Source of the DNA: Candidatus Nanoarchaeia archaeon
Lineage (GTDB): Archaea > Nanobdellota > Nanobdellia > Jingweiarchaeales > Jingweiarchaeaceae
Direction: 5' to 3'
Length of the DNA stretch: 64,000 nt
NCBI GenBank assembly: GCA_038874075.1
Contig: JAVZDD010000002.1
Location: 4,605-68,604 of the forward strand
Shown: positions 8,906-17,676 of the stretch, in pieces
Numbering within the stretch: the stretch's first letter is position 1
How the letters are laid out: each line of letters starts with the position of its first letter
Notes under the pieces: generated by a model
Seen by the model: only the letters and a program-made list of their open reading frames with translations
What the model was told of the DNA's origin: nothing
Databases searched by the model: none
Position numbers and translations under genes: made by a program

Positions 8906-9410
8906 AAAAGCACAAGTATTATCTGCTGATTTAGTGGTAAGCATTTTCATATTCACAATTATCATCTCTTTGTTTTTTATTTTTTGGAGAAATGTATATA
9001 ACAACCTGACAATGCAGGAAAAGTTTTTAGAATTACAATATTCGGCAATAAGAATCTCAAATATGCTCGTGAAGACAACCGGTTATCCAAGCAATTGGAA
9101 TTCAACCAATGTTGTTCAGATTGGGCTTGCATCAGAGGCAAATGTACTCTCAATTGAAAAGTTAAGAGTTTTCTTGGATATTAATTACGCTGAAATCAAG
9201 AGAATAATGAAAATAAGTGAGGATTTTAGGGTAAGAGTGAAATACAGAAATGGTAGTACGATTTTGGATAATCTTGGCTTGCCATTAGAAAAGGGATTGG
9301 AACCATCTCCAAGCGCCAAGATAATCGTTCCCATAGAAAGACCATGTCTATTAAAATTAGAAAATGTAACTGTAATTTGTATCTTTGAGTTTAAGTTGTG
9401 GTCAACATGA
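8877..9410 (+). CDS. Prepilin-like protein (class III signal peptide-like N-terminus)
   Basis: MKMGRFLLNKKA-QVLSADLVVSIFIFTII; overlaps upstream gene by 29 nt. Confidence 0.45.
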   Translation: MKMGRFLLNKKAQVLSADLVVSIFIFTIIISLFFIFWRNVYNNLTMQEKFLELQYSAIRISNMLVKTTGYPSNWNSTNVVQIGLASEANVLSIEKLRVFLDINYAEIKRIMKISEDFRVRVKYRNGSTILDNLGLPLEKGLEPSPSAKIIVPIERPCLLKLENVTVICIFEFKLWST

Positions 9411-12175
9411 AAAAAGGTTTTGTAATTCCACTTGATATGACAATCGCGATTATCATATTACTATTTACCTCAACCATATTCACATTCTTTCAGTATGGGC
9501 TTGAGACACCGGGAATAATCTATGAGCTTTCATATCAAAGGGCTGAAGATACGCTCACGATCTTGCAAAAAACAAAGATTGCTTATGTAACAGATGATCC
9601 CGTCGTAACACAATACATCAATCAAGGGATGATCACAGAAGAAGACATGAATAAAACGATATTGGACTTGATTGGTACATTTTGGTCCGAGGGAAAGGTT
9701 GATTTGGCCGTCAATTTATCAAAGAGTATTTTTGATTCACTATTACCACCAGAAGTTGGTTACGAAATTGTAATAGGGAACGACACTATTTATAGTCGAC
9801 CAGGTGTATTGGGTAGTATTTTCAGAGTGAGGACAGTTGTCTCTGGTTTCAAAACCGGAGAAGCACCACTAGGTTGCATCGCAAGCGCCTACATAGAAAA
9901 AATTAAAGGAAAACGAACCGCATCTTACTATTACTTTGGTGGTTTTACTGGTCAGGGAAATTTAACCTTTTATATTTATGATATTCCAAGCGATGCAATC
10001 ATAGAAAGCATCTATCTAGAACTCAGCACCGTGGCAAATGCCACTTTATACATAAATGGAAATTTTTGTCAATCATTAAATAAGAAATATCCAAATTACA
10101 CCGTTGAAAATTGGACAATATTTGATCAAAATTGCATCAATAACATCAGCAAGGGAGTGGCAAACCTATTCACCATTAACTTCTCTTCCCCAGTTACGAG
10201 TGCATACATTGGTGGCGGTTACATAAAGATCACGTATGATACTGCACAGATGAATGTTCCTCTGGGCAATGTGATGCAATACAACTTCACAGGAATTTCT
10301 GGTGTTATCAACCTGTATGATTCATTTTATATTCCAGGAAATTTAACATCGATGGAGATGCATTTGGAATTTTTAAGTAACTATTCAACTTTTTTCAATA
10401 TTGGTAACAAAACAATTTTTGAGAATAATGGAAGTAATACTACACAAATCATTGATTTCAATGATTCGTATCTATCACAAATTTTGAATTACAGTGAGAT
10501 AAGCTTGGAAACAATTCCATTGCGCTTCGGTATGAAGGCATTTAACATCACGATTCAACAGAATGCTGATGTCATTTTGATCACAGATTTATCTGGAAGT
10601 ATGGATTGGAGATTAGATAGCGAAAATACAGGAATAGCCAGAAATTGTACTGATCCTTTATTGAATAGTTCAAATACAAAAAGAATAAGCTTAGCAAAAT
10701 GTTTGGACAAGGAATTCGTTGATATCATATTAAATACTTCTGGAAATAGGGTTGGATTGGTTGGATTTTATAGTGACAATTCACCACCATACAAAGGAAG
10801 AACAATCATTCACGATTTATCCGATAATAAGACAAGCTTATACAATGCAATCGACAGCTATTTTATCCAGGGTGGAACATGTATCTGCTGTGGTATAAAC
10901 AGGGCTTATAACATTTTGAGTGCGCAGAGCAATGCATCAAGGAAAAAATTCATCGTTGTAATGTCAGATGGAATACCAACACACCAATGTGGCTCAAGTG
11001 GTACAGATGAGTGTCAAGGGATTAGAGATGGTTCTCCGGCAAATGAGGGTTTGTGGTTAGGTTGGGGGGCCGGATGTTATGGTGGAGGAGACGATTGTAA
11101 TACGACCGATTGCTTGTGTGCGATGCAAAATGCGAATTGGTCTTCATGCAGGTCATACAATAATTTGAATGCGACCGTATATTCAATTGGATTCGGACCT
11201 GTTGCAAGCTGTTGGAGTGCAAATTGGACATTGAGATCAATTGCTGATTGTGGACATGGCAGTTACTATGCAAGCAGCGATGCAGATGAACTCAAACAAA
11301 TTTACAGAAGTATCGCAGAATCGATCTTGAATGCATCTTACACCACACAATTGATAGAGGTAACAAATGTAACAAACACAATATTATATCCATCTTCTTA
11401 CATTAAATTTAATTACACACCCATTGTACCGCAATATGGTTACTCTGAAATATCTATAAAAGGTGATACAAAACCTTTCAGCGGTTGCAATGGAAGTTTT
11501 TTTGTTCCAGGTCAATTACAAATTGATGACGTTCAAGTTACATCTTACTCATTTGATTATTGGACGGATAAAATATTTGTGAATAATAGCATTACAAATG
11601 GTAGTTTGATCAATGTCTTTAATCTTTCAAAGTTTGGTAGTGATTATAAAAAACTTGGTGATCCATATGCGATCAAATTTCCAGCTTACTTCATTGGATC
11701 AAACGAGACTAATTACATTAACATTCTGCTTGCCCTGAGTCCGACAAATCAAAGCACAAATTGTTCAGCTGGTGATAGGGTCATTTACACTGGTAGAATT
11801 AGAACACCAATTATCTACTCAAATGTCCTACCATTTTGCAAAGGAAGCAATGTGAGCGTTTGCTTTGATAAAGATCACGATGGCTATGCAGATGGTTGTT
11901 CATACATTGCAATCGGTAAAAATCTTCCGAATTTCAATGCCACACCAAAAACCGTGGAGGATTTGAATCCAAATGAAAACGCAGTAGATCAAGTTTTCCT
12001 ACAACTTTTAGATGCATTAAACTTTGTTACAATACCAGCGAACACTGGTAGATCAGGAAATTTCACGAATCCGATTGACATAGAACTCGTTTCGGAACTG
12101 AATTTTGATACTGTTGATACAGCAAACGTACCATCTCTTTGGCAACCCGTATCAATTGAGGTGAGAATTTCATGA
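9407..12175 (+). CDS. Large prepilin-like surface protein with von Willebrand factor A domain
   Basis: MKKG-FVIPLD N-terminus plus hydrophobic helix; MIDAS motif DLSGSMD, GGT and VVMSDG motifs (vWA), Cys-rich insert, very high N-x-S/T density. Track start 9398 is GTG; ATG 9407 overlaps upstream stop (ATGA). Confidence 0.65.
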   Translation: MKKGFVIPLDMTIAIIILLFTSTIFTFFQYGLETPGIIYELSYQRAEDTLTILQKTKIAYVTDDPVVTQYINQGMITEEDMNKTILDLIGTFWSEGKVDLAVNLSKSIFDSLLPPEVGYEIVIGNDTIYSRPGVLGSIFRVRTVVSGFKTGEAPLGCIASAYIEKIKGKRTASYYYFGGFTGQGNLTFYIYDIPSDAIIESIYLELSTVANATLYINGNFCQSLNKKYPNYTVENWTIFDQNCINNISKGVANLFTINFSSPVTSAYIGGGYIKITYDTAQMNVPLGNVMQYNFTGISGVINLYDSFYIPGNLTSMEMHLEFLSNYSTFFNIGNKTIFENNGSNTTQIIDFNDSYLSQILNYSEISLETIPLRFGMKAFNITIQQNADVILITDLSGSMDWRLDSENTGIARNCTDPLLNSSNTKRISLAKCLDKEFVDIILNTSGNRVGLVGFYSDNSPPYKGRTIIHDLSDNKTSLYNAIDSYFIQGGTCICCGINRAYNILSAQSNASRKKFIVVMSDGIPTHQCGSSGTDECQGIRDGSPANEGLWLGWGAGCYGGGDDCNTTDCLCAMQNANWSSCRSYNNLNATVYSIGFGPVASCWSANWTLRSIADCGHGSYYASSDADELKQIYRSIAESILNASYTTQLIEVTNVTNTILYPSSYIKFNYTPIVPQYGYSEISIKGDTKPFSGCNGSFFVPGQLQIDDVQVTSYSFDYWTDKIFVNNSITNGSLINVFNLSKFGSDYKKLGDPYAIKFPAYFIGSNETNYINILLALSPTNQSTNCSAGDRVIYTGRIRTPIIYSNVLPFCKGSNVSVCFDKDHDGYADGCSYIAIGKNLPNFNATPKTVEDLNPNENAVDQVFLQLLDALNFVTIPANTGRSGNFTNPIDIELVSELNFDTVDTANVPSLWQPVSIEVRIS

Positions 12176-13407
12176 AAAGAGGCATAAGTTTCAGCATCAT
12201 CACATTCTTGTTTCTGATACCAATACTCACGTTCATAATCACATACTCAGAATCAATGCAATCAATCAGGAGGGAAAGCATAAAAAAGATTCTATCTGAT
12301 CAAAATATCTTCTTTTCTAAAACTTTGCTTAATGACCTAGAGAAAATGATATGGATAACGGGGAAACGAGCGATAATTTCAGCAATACAAAGAGTGATTA
12401 AGTATGGTACACCACTGAACGATTCCATTTCCGTTATAAAAGAGCTGATGCAAAACGGTACGATTTTTGGTGTAAATGAAACCCTAATGCAAAACAACAC
12501 AATCGGTTACTGGATAAACTTAATCCAATTGGAACAAAATGTATCTGCTTTCAATTTTTCAATCGCTTATTCAAATTTAGAGGTTGATTGGGAATCATTT
12601 AATTGCATTTTTAATGTTTCATTCTCAATTAATGTTTCTGACATTTCAAATACAACCAGGTCCACGAGGATTGGAAATATCTCAATTCTTGTTTCAATCG
12701 AAAAGATGGAAGATCCGATTTATCCACTATACACGAATGGATTGTTTAGAAAAAGTATAAAAATTTGTAATTCAACACTTCCCGAGGTTCGTAGTTTGGC
12801 TTTTGGTACAATCGCGAGTAAAAATGTCACAGGTATATCAGTCATTGGCCTCTCATCAAATTTAACTTACATTCAATCAATTCAAAACAAATCAGATAAA
12901 ATACTCGTCACAGATAACCTGACGATCATAGGTTCTGCCTTAATAAATGCATTTAAAGGAGTCGTTGCGGATCATAGCGATTTACCAGCAGGTATTACAG
13001 TACCATATATCATAAACACAACAAATGCAACAACATCCATACCAGACGCACGTTTAATATATTTGGACGAAATCACGAAGAAAGTTTGGGACATTGAAAA
13101 ATTTGAAGATACAATAAATACTGGTTGTTACCATATTTCATTGAATGGTTCAAACATTTTTGGTAGGTTAGAGGGAAAATTGAATTCTACGGGGAATAAA
13201 TCAGGCATTGAAAGTTTCGTTGATGTTAGAAAATTAATTTCAATGGATATACCAGTGAAAGAAAACCAAACACTTATTGATTATCTCTATTTTAGTAACA
13301 ACTCTCATCCAGGATGTAAAGTAAGGGGCATCAATGAAACGTGGTTTAGAATTGATCCCTGGAATGCTGAAAGATACGGAGTAGGAGAGATTTTAGATTG
13401 TAGTTAG
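12172..13407 (+). CDS. Membrane-anchored extracellular protein, last gene of the prepilin-like operon
   Basis: MKRGISFSIITFLFLIPILTFII N-terminus; SD GAGGTGAG upstream; start overlaps upstream stop; many sequons. Confidence 0.5.
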   Translation: MKRGISFSIITFLFLIPILTFIITYSESMQSIRRESIKKILSDQNIFFSKTLLNDLEKMIWITGKRAIISAIQRVIKYGTPLNDSISVIKELMQNGTIFGVNETLMQNNTIGYWINLIQLEQNVSAFNFSIAYSNLEVDWESFNCIFNVSFSINVSDISNTTRSTRIGNISILVSIEKMEDPIYPLYTNGLFRKSIKICNSTLPEVRSLAFGTIASKNVTGISVIGLSSNLTYIQSIQNKSDKILVTDNLTIIGSALINAFKGVVADHSDLPAGITVPYIINTTNATTSIPDARLIYLDEITKKVWDIEKFEDTINTGCYHISLNGSNIFGRLEGKLNSTGNKSGIESFVDVRKLISMDIPVKENQTLIDYLYFSNNSHPGCKVRGINETWFRIDPWNAERYGVGEILDCS

Positions 13408-14462
13408 CTTGGACATCTTGGACATGAGATACAATTGTATGAGTTATTAATAAAAACATTTCCGGTGAGAGATGGATCAGCGTTGATGCAATATACGCCA
13501 ATCACATTTTGTTCAATAATATTATTAGAAATTTGTATATTTGATTCTGTTATGATGCCAATGTGGTTTCTATAAATTCTACTATTACTTATAATTGTGT
13601 TGCTTCTCGGAATAAATAAACCCTGTCCCCACAATTCTGTGGAATTAAAACCACATCCACTCAGTTCTGAGTTATTGATTTGTAATGTTGCACCAGGTCG
13701 AACCTCAAAAAAGAAATTTGCATCTTCAAAATCACCATTTGTAATCTTTGAATTTAAGACATAAAGTGCACCCATATCTCCAACTTGAATGCCGTATTCA
13801 CCATCATAACTCGAATTTATACGCAAGGTCACATTGTGAAGGAATAATGCCGTAGAGAAAGGTAGGAGTGGATAGGTGATTTCACCACCAGTTCGAATCG
13901 TCAAATTTCCATTCAAATTTATAATTGTGTCACCGCAATATGTTGACTTATTAACAATCCATTCGCCAAATGTTGGGAACTCACACGGGGCTAGGTAAAT
14001 GTACCCATCAGATGGTGTGGCTTCTGAAGATGGAACCGTAAATTCAAATACAAATGAACCACCAGAAGGAAGTATAGCAATTAATTTTATCGTGTGGTTT
14101 TTTTCTGCTTCAAGCGGAGGCACAAATGTGATCGTTATTGATTCATTCGGCTTTAAATTGACCTCAATCTCATCTACCAATCTATCATCAACAAAAACCT
14201 TTATTTTTTCTATCTCCTCGGTTCCGGTGTTCTCTATTATCGTTTGATTTCCCTTGACTTCCTTGAAGCTGATTTCTACTTCTTTTTTGGGTTCTTGAGT
14301 ATGAGTAGATCCAGTCTTTGTTATTTGATAGTAAATCATCGCAATTAAAACAATTGCCACCAAGAGAATAGGAATCAATTTTTTTAGGAGATCACTTTTT
14401 TTATGAACCTCTTTTTCCTTCTTCACGACTGTTTGCTTGTCCTTAACTTCTCTCTTTTTCAT
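13404..14462 (-). CDS. Membrane-anchored protein with right-handed parallel beta-helix repeats
   Basis: K-rich N-terminus plus TM (LIPILLVAIVLIAMIYY); C-terminal repeats SNSRIYRNHIGIITESNIQISNNIIEQNVIGVY typical of PbH1 beta-helix repeats; ends CISCPRCPS. Confidence 0.55.
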   Translation of the reverse strand: MKKREVKDKQTVVKKEKEVHKKSDLLKKLIPILLVAIVLIAMIYYQITKTGSTHTQEPKKEVEISFKEVKGNQTIIENTGTEEIEKIKVFVDDRLVDEIEVNLKPNESITITFVPPLEAEKNHTIKLIAILPSGGSFVFEFTVPSSEATPSDGYIYLAPCEFPTFGEWIVNKSTYCGDTIINLNGNLTIRTGGEITYPLLPFSTALFLHNVTLRINSSYDGEYGIQVGDMGALYVLNSKITNGDFEDANFFFEVRPGATLQINNSELSGCGFNSTELWGQGLFIPRSNTIISNSRIYRNHIGIITESNIQISNNIIEQNVIGVYCINADPSLTGNVFINNSYNCISCPRCPS

Positions 14463-14495
14463 TGAATAATTAAAAAAGAATCCAAACTTAAAAAA

Positions 14496-14627
14496 CTATC
14501 GTGTTTTTCGCTCGAGATTGGGATATTCGGCAAATTCTAAAATTTCATTACATTTTTTACAGAGATGCATATCTTCCCTTTCTTCAACGTTGAGCTTGCT
14601 ACCGCACAATTCACATTTCGCTTCCAT
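14496..14627 (-). CDS. Small zinc-ribbon protein (43 aa), not in ORF track
   Basis: MEAKCELCGSKLNVEEREDMHLCKKCNEILEFAEYPNLERKTR with CxxC...CxxC; A/T-rich TATA-like sequence about 25-30 nt upstream suggests leaderless expression. Confidence 0.4.
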   Translation of the reverse strand: MEAKCELCGSKLNVEEREDMHLCKKCNEILEFAEYPNLERKTR

Positions 14628-14726
14628 TATATGATATTGTATTACTAAGTATTATTTAAATTTTATGAATTACCCCACAGTGAAAATACAACAAAAAATA
14701 AAAGATATTATACAATATTTAATTCA

Positions 14727-15845
14727 ATGGAAAAATATTTTGTTGCATTCAAGTATGGATTACCCAATATATTTGCGCATTTATTGGCAATGCAACAAAT
14801 AAAGGAATTCTATTCTCTTTTGCCGAATTATGAAGGTAAAGATATAGAGCTGGACATTATTAAAAGACATGAGACAAGGCCACCAGCTTGGTTGAGGAAC
14901 CAGGCGTTTGTGATATGGAGCGGCAATCAAGGTTATTTCAGTATCTTTAGTAAAAAAGCGATGAAGACAGCCATCGCATACACGATTGCTTTCTATGCTG
15001 CAGATCTAAAGGATGAATTGTGTGATAAGTATTTAATCCCAATACTTTGTTCAAAAAAATTTCAGAGTTACAATGAAAATAAAATTTTGAATTTGATTTT
15101 GAACACGAACATTCAAAAATTGAATAATTCAGTTAAGAAAGAAGCGCTCGTGCTTGAAAATGCGTCTGATAACTTATTACAACTTACTTCTTTAAAATTT
15201 ATTGAGCTTGGGAGGGAAGCGTATTTACTGTATAAAAAAGGGATGATGCGCGCATTTAAAGGACAAGCAATGGATGTTTGGATTTCTACTAAACTAAAAA
15301 CAAATAAGTTAAATGAAATAAAGAGGAAGTTTCATACCAAGGATTATTTAAAAAAAATAGTAAGCGTCGCCGAAGAGAAACTTGGTTGTATTGGGGAATA
15401 CGCAGCCAAAATCACATATCGATTGAGCAACGGTAGTGACAAAAAAATTGAAAATGCACTCTGTACTTGGTACAAGAATGCAACCACTCTTTTACAAATC
15501 ACATATGATGATATGAGGGAGATATTGGATAACTTAAGAGAACGAGAAACGAATCCGTTTATACTTGCGATGATATGTAATGATTACAAGCATCTGAGTA
15601 AGGAGAACTTAAAAATTTTTCTTGAACACAATCCAGAGCTAATTAATAATATGATTTCACCATTAATTGAAGGCATAAAAGAAAGTCTAAAAAAGTTGGA
15701 AGATTTTAATTTCCACGACCACCTCCTAGCCACAAATATGATCATGAAAATTGTAGACAAGGAGATTGATAGTTTCGAGAAGAAAATTGGTGTAAAAGTA
15801 ATAAGACCAAAATTAACCGATGTAAGAAGCAATATCTCGTTCTAA
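14727..15845 (+). CDS. Hypothetical protein
   Basis: 372 aa ORF, predicted helical, no recognisable motif. Confidence 0.45.
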   Translation: MEKYFVAFKYGLPNIFAHLLAMQQIKEFYSLLPNYEGKDIELDIIKRHETRPPAWLRNQAFVIWSGNQGYFSIFSKKAMKTAIAYTIAFYAADLKDELCDKYLIPILCSKKFQSYNENKILNLILNTNIQKLNNSVKKEALVLENASDNLLQLTSLKFIELGREAYLLYKKGMMRAFKGQAMDVWISTKLKTNKLNEIKRKFHTKDYLKKIVSVAEEKLGCIGEYAAKITYRLSNGSDKKIENALCTWYKNATTLLQITYDDMREILDNLRERETNPFILAMICNDYKHLSKENLKIFLEHNPELINNMISPLIEGIKESLKKLEDFNFHDHLLATNMIMKIVDKEIDSFEKKIGVKVIRPKLTDVRSNISF

Positions 15846-15994
15846 TTCTGCTTTCTTTTTCTTGCTTTTTTTATATACAACGGGTGGAATGAAAAATTCG
15901 TCATCTATCTCTGGTTCGATCGTATGTTCGATATCAAATTCTGGTTTCATGAGATAAACTAAAAATTCTTAACTTAAAAATTTTTTGTAAAGAA

Positions 15995-17110
15995 TTAATC
16001 CTTTAATAGAAATTTTTCAACTAAATCTCTTGCCTTTTCCCTCTTTCTTTGATGTTCAGAGATAAATTTTTCAATTTTTTCAGCAAGTATTTTTTTACAC
16101 TCCCCACAGATTATTTCTCCTTTTCTACATTTTTCGTTTAATTCAAATATTTTTTGATCGTCTTCTTCAAATAAGAAGTAGTAATATTGATAAATTGAAC
16201 ATATATCTGGATTTCCACCATATTTCCGTTGCAGCTCTGCCGTTTCTCTCCCACCGGTAAACGCATTCATTACTTTTTTTCTTACAATGTCTGGTGCATC
16301 GGTAGTGAAAATACAGGTTGATGGTTCGCTTGAACTCATCTTACCTTCCTTACCCAAGCCAGGCATTATTTTGCACTGTATGGATGCAGGCTTGTAAAAG
16401 CCCAATTTTGGTAAAATATCTCGTGCAATCCTGAAATGAGGATCTTGATCGATGCCATGAGGAATTAAGCAGGGTATGTTCCTCTTTTCCTTGACTGATT
16501 CTAAAAAAGCCGGAACAGCTTGCATGCTTGTAAAAAATATTGATCCCACATTCGTTTCATTCGTAAATCCAAAGACGGCCTTTACCGTTGAAAAGGTAAG
16601 TTTCTTGGCAACTTTTATTGCTTCCCTATACATTGTTTTTGCATAAGCAAGATCGGAGATTATCCTTGTTTTCCTTGGATCGAATCCAAGTGCAATTATA
16701 TCAAGCATATTCTCGTAAGTAAATTTCTCAACTTCTTCCAATTTGAGATTCTCTTTAAAAAGAAATTTTTCATCATCCGTCAATTGAATTAGATACTTCA
16801 CATCAAATGCATCTTGTAATTGTTTTGCAAAGATAAAGGAAATTAAGTGACCAATGTGTGTATTTCCAGATGGACCTCTACCATTATACAAATAAAATTT
16901 ATTTCCCTTCTCATATTCATCTAGGATAAATCCAAGGTCTCGATGCGCAAAGAATATTTTTCTTGTAATAAACTTGTTCCTACCTAAATACCTTTCAAGT
17001 CTTTTGATGAGTCGATCATCTATCAAATTTAAACCAAATTCCTTTACTAATTTCTCATAATCTATCCTTCCCTTAACTTCCCAAGGCGTCACAACAAATT
17101 CTTTGACCAT
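15995..17110 (-). CDS. trpS: Tryptophan--tRNA ligase (archaeal/eukaryotic type)
   Basis: VTPWEV N-terminal signature, HIGH motif (NTHIGHL), KMSKS-type motif (KMSSS), class I aaRS length. Confidence 0.85.
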   Translation of the reverse strand: MVKEFVVTPWEVKGRIDYEKLVKEFGLNLIDDRLIKRLERYLGRNKFITRKIFFAHRDLGFILDEYEKGNKFYLYNGRGPSGNTHIGHLISFIFAKQLQDAFDVKYLIQLTDDEKFLFKENLKLEEVEKFTYENMLDIIALGFDPRKTRIISDLAYAKTMYREAIKVAKKLTFSTVKAVFGFTNETNVGSIFFTSMQAVPAFLESVKEKRNIPCLIPHGIDQDPHFRIARDILPKLGFYKPASIQCKIMPGLGKEGKMSSSEPSTCIFTTDAPDIVRKKVMNAFTGGRETAELQRKYGGNPDICSIYQYYYFLFEEDDQKIFELNEKCRKGEIICGECKKILAEKIEKFISEHQRKREKARDLVEKFLLKD

Positions 17111-17197
17111 TATTCATCCAAATCAATTTAATTTTATAAGATTATTGGGTAAAATTACGGATTAAACTTTTTATTGAGGGCTTTACTAAAATTATTT

Positions 17198-17560
17198 ATG
17201 AATCCTTTGTATACAAAAATTTTAACGATATTACTAATATTTATGGGAGAATCGATTGCAATTTATTCTGAAATGATCGCGGCAAAAACTAATTTCTCGA
17301 GCCCACAAACTTTTTTACACATTTTTCTTAAGATGTTCGTTATTATTATCATAGCAGGCGGATTCTTGATTGCCGGTTACATGCTTGGTTTTAGTGCTTT
17401 CAATGACATCTGGATTGTCAGTGTCGCATCTATCACTTCAATCCTAATAATGGAACCAATACTTGCTTACACAATTTTTCGACAGATACCAACAAAAGGG
17501 GCAATTATAGGTTTAGTATTTGGTTTTTTAGGTTTCGTTTCTGCATTGTTCCTAAGATAG
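17198..17560 (+). CDS. Small integral membrane protein
   Basis: Four predicted hydrophobic helices; track start 17174 is TTG, ATG at 17198. Confidence 0.4.
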   Translation: MNPLYTKILTILLIFMGESIAIYSEMIAAKTNFSSPQTFLHIFLKMFVIIIIAGGFLIAGYMLGFSAFNDIWIVSVASITSILIMEPILAYTIFRQIPTKGAIIGLVFGFLGFVSALFLR

Positions 17561-17676
17561 AAACAGAGGATGGGGGCATCATCGCCATGCTCAGTATCGT
17601 CCAGATTGCACCTCTGCTTGTATTTAATTATTAAATGATTGCTTATAAACAAGGAGATAAAATTTCCAGTTTTCCA

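Noticed and set aside
15814-15950. Short minus-strand ORF (MKPEFDIEHTIEPEIDDEFF...) in the 15846-15995 intergenic region
   Set aside because: Runs into the 3' end of the 14727..15845 gene, has no RBS or promoter context, and my frame or length reconstruction was inconsistent; not reported.
17561-17676. Locally GC-richer patch with inverted repeat CAGAGG...CCTCTG between convergent genes
   Set aside because: Could be a small hairpin, terminator or sRNA, but too short and without recognisable RNA family features to call.
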